The notes below the pieces were generated by a model, which worked only from the letters and a program-made list of their open reading frames with translations, did not search any database and was not told the DNA's origin. A stretch of DNA of 64,000 bases from the human T2T-CHM13v2.0 reference genome, Homo sapiens: the NCBI RefSeq assembly GCF_009914755.1, contig NC_060938.1, one strand, 5' to 3'. Positions 57,083-64,000 of the stretch are shown one piece after another. Both the position numbers and the translations under genes were made by a program. Within the stretch, counting starts at the first letter, position 1; each line of letters opens with the position of its first letter.

Positions 57083-59189
57083 AAAGAAATGTCGCATGTA
57101 TGGAAGTCAACCACAGATTGCAGAGATAATGAGAAGTTTAAAAGGCCCCGTGAGGAAGATGCTGTGGCAGGCAGAAACATCAGCCATCATGTAGGACACA
57201 TATAATGACAAAGCCACTTTGGAGCAGAGGAACATGCTGACGAAAGAGTTCTATGGGAACACATTTCACCTTTACAAGTCAGTCGATCACCAACTCCAGA
57301 CAAAGTATTAGGGGTACAGCCAGAAAAATTAAGAGCTTATTATGGATGAAATGAAACAGATTCTAACTCCAGTGGCCCAAAAGGAAGCTGTGATTAAGCA
57401 TTCATTGGTGCATATTCTTGGACTTTTTTTTTCTTTTTTTTTCACCTATGCACCCCCCAAACTCAGATCAGAAATGATTGAAGTCATCCATAAAGCAGTG
57501 GTATACCTGGCACACACACACACGAGGGCATGGCTGGCCATGGGCCTGTGGCATGGCATGCCCAAGGACAGGAAAGTGACTGTGAAAATAATGAAGACTT
57601 AGGTTGAAAAAGTGACTGATGGCCAATACTCTCATTTGGCTTTCCTGGCAGCATTTGATTGTATTGATGATACTAAGCTTGTGAAGCAGGTAATAATCAT
57701 ATCAGGAATTATCAGTTCATTGCCTAGCACAGGAAATGACAAACATGAAAGGAAGGTCCTGTTGTATTCACTAAGCCCCAGAGATCCTGTATATCTACTA
57801 TGAGAAATCATTGAAGTTCTGCAAAAAGGAGATGGAAATGCACACAGTAATAAAGGTACAGAAATCTGCAGATATGAGCTCCTAGAATCCATTTCTCTAG
57901 CTTTGTTAAGCTTCCTGCAAGGACATGCCCAAGAGGTGGTGCTAGATAAGTCCGCGTGTGTTGGTATCTGACATTCTGGGATCTGCCACTGGAGATGTTC
58001 AGCCCGCCATGAATGCCATTGCCAGCTTGGCAGCAGTGGAACTGCAACCTAGTGGCAAGGACCGAGAGCTTCACATTGCAGAACATCCTCCAGGACATCT
58101 AGTTCTGAAGTGGTTAATAGAGCAAGATAAAAAGATGAAATAAAATGGGAGAGAAGGTTGTTTTGCAAAATCATTTGTACAGCATGTTGGTATGAGGAAC
58201 CTGAAGTCCTGGGCTAGTGTAAATCGAGGTGCCATTATTCTTTCTAGCCTCCTCCAGGTTGTGATCAAGAAGTTGCAAACAAACTCAAAGATGGACTGAA
58301 AAGCTTGATTGCTACATTGGGAAAAAAACAAAGGCACCGTCAAAGGAATAGAAACTCTACTTGAAAAATTGGGCTCATGGGTGGAAAGAGTTAAGAGCAA
58401 GATGGAATCATTTTTCCTGTTCCCCATTCTGTTTCCCAATGCAGAAAAGAAGGGCTAGGGTCCACCTTACTGGTAATTTGGGTGCTCTGTATATATGTTT
58501 CTTCTTTGTATAAGAATCTATTTATGAAATTGTTTTTAAAATGAAAGTCAATATATGGCTATAAGATACAATCAATAGTGAATTTACAGCATGGAGTTAC
58601 TTTGACCAAATAACATGGCAATGAAAGTACAAAAGAAAAAGCATTAGAAACATGAGAAATCAAAATGTCACTATTGTCGTGGATGATTTTCATGCCCTAC
58701 CATCAATCAAGGTAGATCAAATAGACAAAAAGACATTGGTTTAAATATATTCATATTTTTGTTTCTATATCACGCAAAACTCAGACGGATTTTTATAAAA
58801 TAAGCAGAATATGTTTATGCTGGACTGTGTTTCAGCATAGGCTGTGATACAGACCTACAATTCTTTGGTGATGCTAAAGGCAACTCAAGAAAGACAAGGA
58901 ATGATCCTTCAAAGCAGCTCAAACAGGTTCAACAAGAGGCTTGAGTGGAAGATACCTGCCATATGTAAAACGGTACTGTGGGCAGAGAAAATGAACAGTG
59001 TTTCAAACCCAAGCCCCAGGCTGGAAATCATAAGGACAGAATCTCTGACTGTTAAATGTAGATTTGTGATCACGCTGCTTTATGCATGCAAGACTCTGTA
59101 TACTGCCATTCAGGATGAGTACCATCAGGATTCTATTTCTTTGATAAAGATGAACGATTCTCCAAAACAACACAAGAGAAGCCAGATAG

Positions 59190-60081
<892 letters not shown>

Positions 60082-60329
60082 AATTCATTGAATTATAATT
60101 AAATTAATGGGCATCCCATTATATATGAATCCATAGCATATTTTGTTGACAAATATGATACAAGAAATATTTATAAGCTCTGATTATATACTAGGCTACA
60201 AGAAAAATCTCAATAAATATAAGAAAGCAGAAATTAACAGTTTATTTTCTTCGATTAGGAAATACATTTTTATTTAAGTTAAAACCAAAAAGTCTCTCTG
60301 ATTACATGGAAATTTTTCTTCTTTTTGTA

Positions 60330-63300
60330 TGCATTATACATACTAAATTGTGTGTACAACATGCATATGCAGTTAAATAGTAATTATAAAGTAAATATCC
60401 ATGTAGACATTGTGCAGGTCAAGAAACGGAATACTGCCAGTACCAGAAGCCTCCTGTGTGCCTTCCCTGATCACAGTCCCTCCCCCTCACCGAGATAAAC
60501 CCTGTTCCGACTTTTAAGAAATCATGCTTTTGCTTTTCTTTATCTTACCCCATGTGTGCATCATAATATATGTATTCAGTGTCTTTTTCTCAAGCTTAGT
60601 AATGTGTCTTAGCTTGGATTCCTCACATGCAGTCTAGGACAAAGAGTCAGGTGCATGTGACCTGTGGAGCTCCTGCTTTCGGGAGAAAAGCGGTGAAAGC
60701 AGCAGGACAGGGCAGGGACGGAATCAAGGCAAGGATGAGGTCTCAGCTCTGCCTGATCTCAAGGGGGGGCTCTGGAGCTTGAATAGCACCACACTGTTGG
60801 TCCCACCAAGACACTTGTGAAAGCCTGTTACTAAGTTTTTGGCCCACGTGTTCCCGGTGGTACCCTTTGAGCCAAGGGCAATTTTCCAGAAAAGGGGCCA
60901 GCTCTGAGCCATTAGAAACCATAACCCACAGGGGCTGGGGGCAATGGCTTGGAAAAGGAGATCTGGATGATATTCACCATATAGTATGTTTGTGAGATTC
61001 ATACTTTTTGTACGTGTAGCTGAGTTCCTATATTTTCATGGCCAAATAGTATTCCATGGTATGAATATATCGCATGCTGTCAATGGACATTTGGGGTATT
61101 TCTAGATTTGCCTACTAGAAATAATGCTGTTTTATGATTCAAGGGGCAAAAAAAGAAAAGAAAAATAAACAATGCTGTTTTAACTGTTCTTATTATGTCT
61201 TGTGTTGGACATGTGTACGAGTATCTCTAAGGCATACATCTAGGAGTGGGATTGCAGGGTTATAGGATATGTGCACCTTTTATTATATCATAAAAATTGT
61301 TTTCCAATTTACACTAACACCAGCATTGTTTTCATTGCTCTACATCTTTGCTAACACTTGTATTGTTAGATTTTTAGTTTTAGCCATTTTGGTAAGTTTG
61401 TAATGGTATTTCATTGAGGTTTTAATGTATTTTTCATATTAATAATGATGATATTGCACACCTTCTCATACATTTATTGGCTGTTTGGAAATTCTAGTTT
61501 ATAAAGCTTCTGTTCAAGTCTTTTGCCTTTTTAAAAAATATAATGTTTGTTTTTCATATTGATTTATAGATGTCCTAACTACTGTTACTTTGTCAGTTTT
61601 ATGTGTTGGAAAAATCTTTTCCCATTCTTTAATCTGTCTTTTCACTCTCTTTTTGATGACTTTTAATTAATAGAAATTTTTATTTTATTAGAATCTAATT
61701 TCTTAAACTTTTCTTTTATGGCTAAGCTTTTCATGTTTTATTTGAGAAATGTTTTCTAAACCTAAAATCATGAAATATTTTTCTATACTACTTTATAAAA
61801 GCTTTATAGTTTTGCCTTTCACTCTTGAATTTGAACCCACCTATGATTTATTTGGTGTATGGTGTGATATAAATATCCAGTTTTGTACTTTCACCATATA
61901 AATAACCACTTGTCCAAGTATCATTTATCAAAAAGTTTATCTTTTCCCCATTGATCTTAAATATCATATCTGTCACATATGAAGTTTCCATATTTGTATG
62001 TTTGTTTCTATTCCATTGGCCTGTTGTCTTAGGTACATTAATGCTTCCACCTAGCTCTCTTTGAAGGGGGCCCTTTTAATCTTAGTGCTTTAGTTCCACC
62101 AAAACCTGCTGGGATTTTCACTGGAATTGCACTGAATCTATTGATTAATTTTGTATACTTTTCAATTTATTTATGTCCTTTTCAATGTCTCTTTATAAAA
62201 GTTTCAAAATTTTACTGAAGTATAACATGCATACAGAGAAATATACGAATTATAAGTAGACAGTGAAATGAATTTTCACAAAGCAATACACCTAAGTTAC
62301 TAATATCCAGATTAAAAAAAAAAAAAACAAAAAACACAGAATCCCAAACCCCTCCAAAATCCCTTTTTTAGCTACTGACTTCACCCACAAGAGGAAACCA
62401 CCTTGAGTTCTAATACATGAATTTTGTCCACTTTTGAACTTTATATAAATGGAATCAGTATGTACTTGTTTTCTTTCACTCAGCAGTATGCTTGTGAAAT
62501 CCGTCCGTGTTGTTCAGAGTTATATTTTGTTTATTCTCTTTGCTGTAGTGTTCTACTGTACGAATTCCACCGTATGAATTTACCACAATATATTAATCTA
62601 TCTATTGCAGATGGACATTTGAGTTATTTCTAATTGAACCTATTACAAATAGTAATAAGCAGCCGGGCGCACTGGCCCATGCCTGTAATCCCAGCATTTT
62701 GGGAGGCCAAGGTGGGTGGATCACCTGAGGTCAGGAGTTTGAGAACAGCCTGGCCAACATGGTGAAAACCCGTCTCTACTAAAAATACAAAAAAATAAAG
62801 TTAGCCAGGTGTGGTGGCAGGCACCTGTAATCCCAGCTACTCAGGAGGCTGAGGCAAGAGAATCGCTTGAACTCGGGAAGCGGAGGTTGCAGTGAGCTAA
62901 GATCACGCTACTGAACTCCAGCCTGGGCAACAAGAGCGAAACTCTGTCTCAAAGAAAAAAAAAAAAAGTAATAAGCATCCTTTCACACATCTTTTGGGAA
63001 CATACATATGCATTTCTATTAAGGATATAACTGAATGTAATTGCTAGGTCATAAGTTTTGCCCTTAGTAAATACTGCCAAGGGGTCTTCCAAAGTGGATT
63101 GTGTCAGTTCATACTTCCACAGCAATGTATAAAGGCCGAGTTGATCCACATGCTCATCAATACTTCCTATTGTCTTTCTAGTTCGGTTTAGCCGTTCTGG
63201 GGGTATCGAGTGGTATCACATTGTGGCTTTAATGTGCATATCCCTGATCCACACCTTTTCCTATGTTTATTGTCCTTTGCATATCCCTGTCTGTGAAGGA

Positions 63301-63400
63301 TCTGTCCAGGTCTTTTCTCCACTTTTCTATTCAGTTATCTGTCTTTTGCTTATTGAATTTCAAGAGTTTCATTATCTGAATCTATTAGGTTCTTGACTTT
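60330..63400 (-). mobile_element. Mosaic of old antisense L1M 3' fragments, with an embedded ERVL-like LTR at about 60605-60980 and an Alu
   Basis: L1M 3' motifs tagtattccatggtatgaatata, atggacatttgggg, ctaggagtgggattgc, gtggtatcacattgtggctttaat. Confidence 0.7.
62662..62967 (+). mobile_element. AluS (Sq/Sx-like)
   Basis: Dimeric Alu. TSD AGTAATAAGCA. Confidence 0.95.
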
Positions 63401-64000
63401 GTGACACTACATGGCAAAATTTTGCCTAGTGTGGAAATCCTAATGCATCCAAATCTATTTGGTTCCTGGAGTTCAAAATGAAAATGTAGATAATGAAGGA
63501 TACCTGAAGTCACTGTAGGTCTATTCCTGCTGATTCTGACTGATGTTACCTTATCTTCTGGTGAGCTTGGGTATTATGAGAACATGTATTCTGGAGATTC
63601 TCTGATGCCTAAAATGATGGTGCCTTCCTCCAGAGGGGATGTGCACTCTCCAGGCCCCTAGGGTCAGTCCAGGACTTCTTTAAACCAGTTCGGGGCACAG
63701 GGTTTTTTGGACCATCCAGGTAAGGTGATTTGGAGTTACAAACTCACAGAGACTGCCAGCACGTGCTTGTCACTTCGCAGAGATCAGGTTTTTCTTTACT
63801 TTCCTTCCTCTGCAGTGTTCAACACAAAAGAATTTTTTTTTCCCTTAAGATCTCCTGGGGGAGTGTTGGAGGGTTAGAGCGTAAAAGTGGGTTTAGGTTT
63901 ACTTCTAGATAATTCCTGACCTAAGGAAGCAGTCCTTTTGGGTCCTAACCTTATAGAGGAAGGTTTCCTATTAGACTCCCCACCTTTGCCAGAACATAAA

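Larger units (their letters stand above)
55878..58543 (+). pseudogene. Processed pseudogene of PUM3 (KIAA0020/Puf-A)
   Basis: Intronless degraded match to recalled PUM3: VEVKG..QFTGKSTK, NKFQPANKFNKKRKLQPDGKSGESAAKKPKWDDFKKKKKELKQSRQLSDK, AQKEAVIKHSLVH, ELHIAEHPPGHLVLKWLIEQDKKMK, GIETLLEKL. Multiple stops and frameshifts. TSD AAAGTCAATAT(G/A)TGG at 55863-55877 and 58544-58558. Confidence 0.93.

Noticed and set aside
55855-58439. PUM3-like ORFs as a functional retrogene
   Set aside because: Multiple stops and frameshifts plus two internal retroelement insertions.

Overview
Primate, most likely human, genomic DNA containing one protein-coding gene: PTGDR (prostaglandin D2 receptor DP1, + strand). 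It has a CpG-island promoter, coding exons 36925-37770 and 43840-44073 (359 aa), a candidate truncating alternative exon at 38561 and a poly(A) signal at 45813. The 36 kb upstream is repeat-rich intergenic DNA: Alus, MaLR/ERVL LTRs, MIR/L2, hAT DNA elements, a 2.7 kb 5'-truncated L1PA2-like element and other L1 3' ends. Downstream, an old L1 endonuclease-region fossil is interrupted by an internally deleted two-LTR ERV1 provirus of the MER4/PRIMA4 group (49471-55722, TSD ATTG), a PUM3 processed pseudogene (55878-58543) and a consensus-like AluYa5. I found no new gene system. The most unusual structures are: a TSD-bounded L1 3' transduction inside the PUM3 retrocopy; a fold-back palindrome at an Alu 5' end whose arms share derived mutations; a microhomology deletion fusing the 5' LTR end to the tRNA-Arg primer binding site; a tiny antisense poly(A)-tailed insert in an MST LTR; and a templated patchwork duplication just after the PTGDR poly(A) site. 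Gene and repeat names come from recalled sequences, not database searches, and old-repeat boundaries are approximate.
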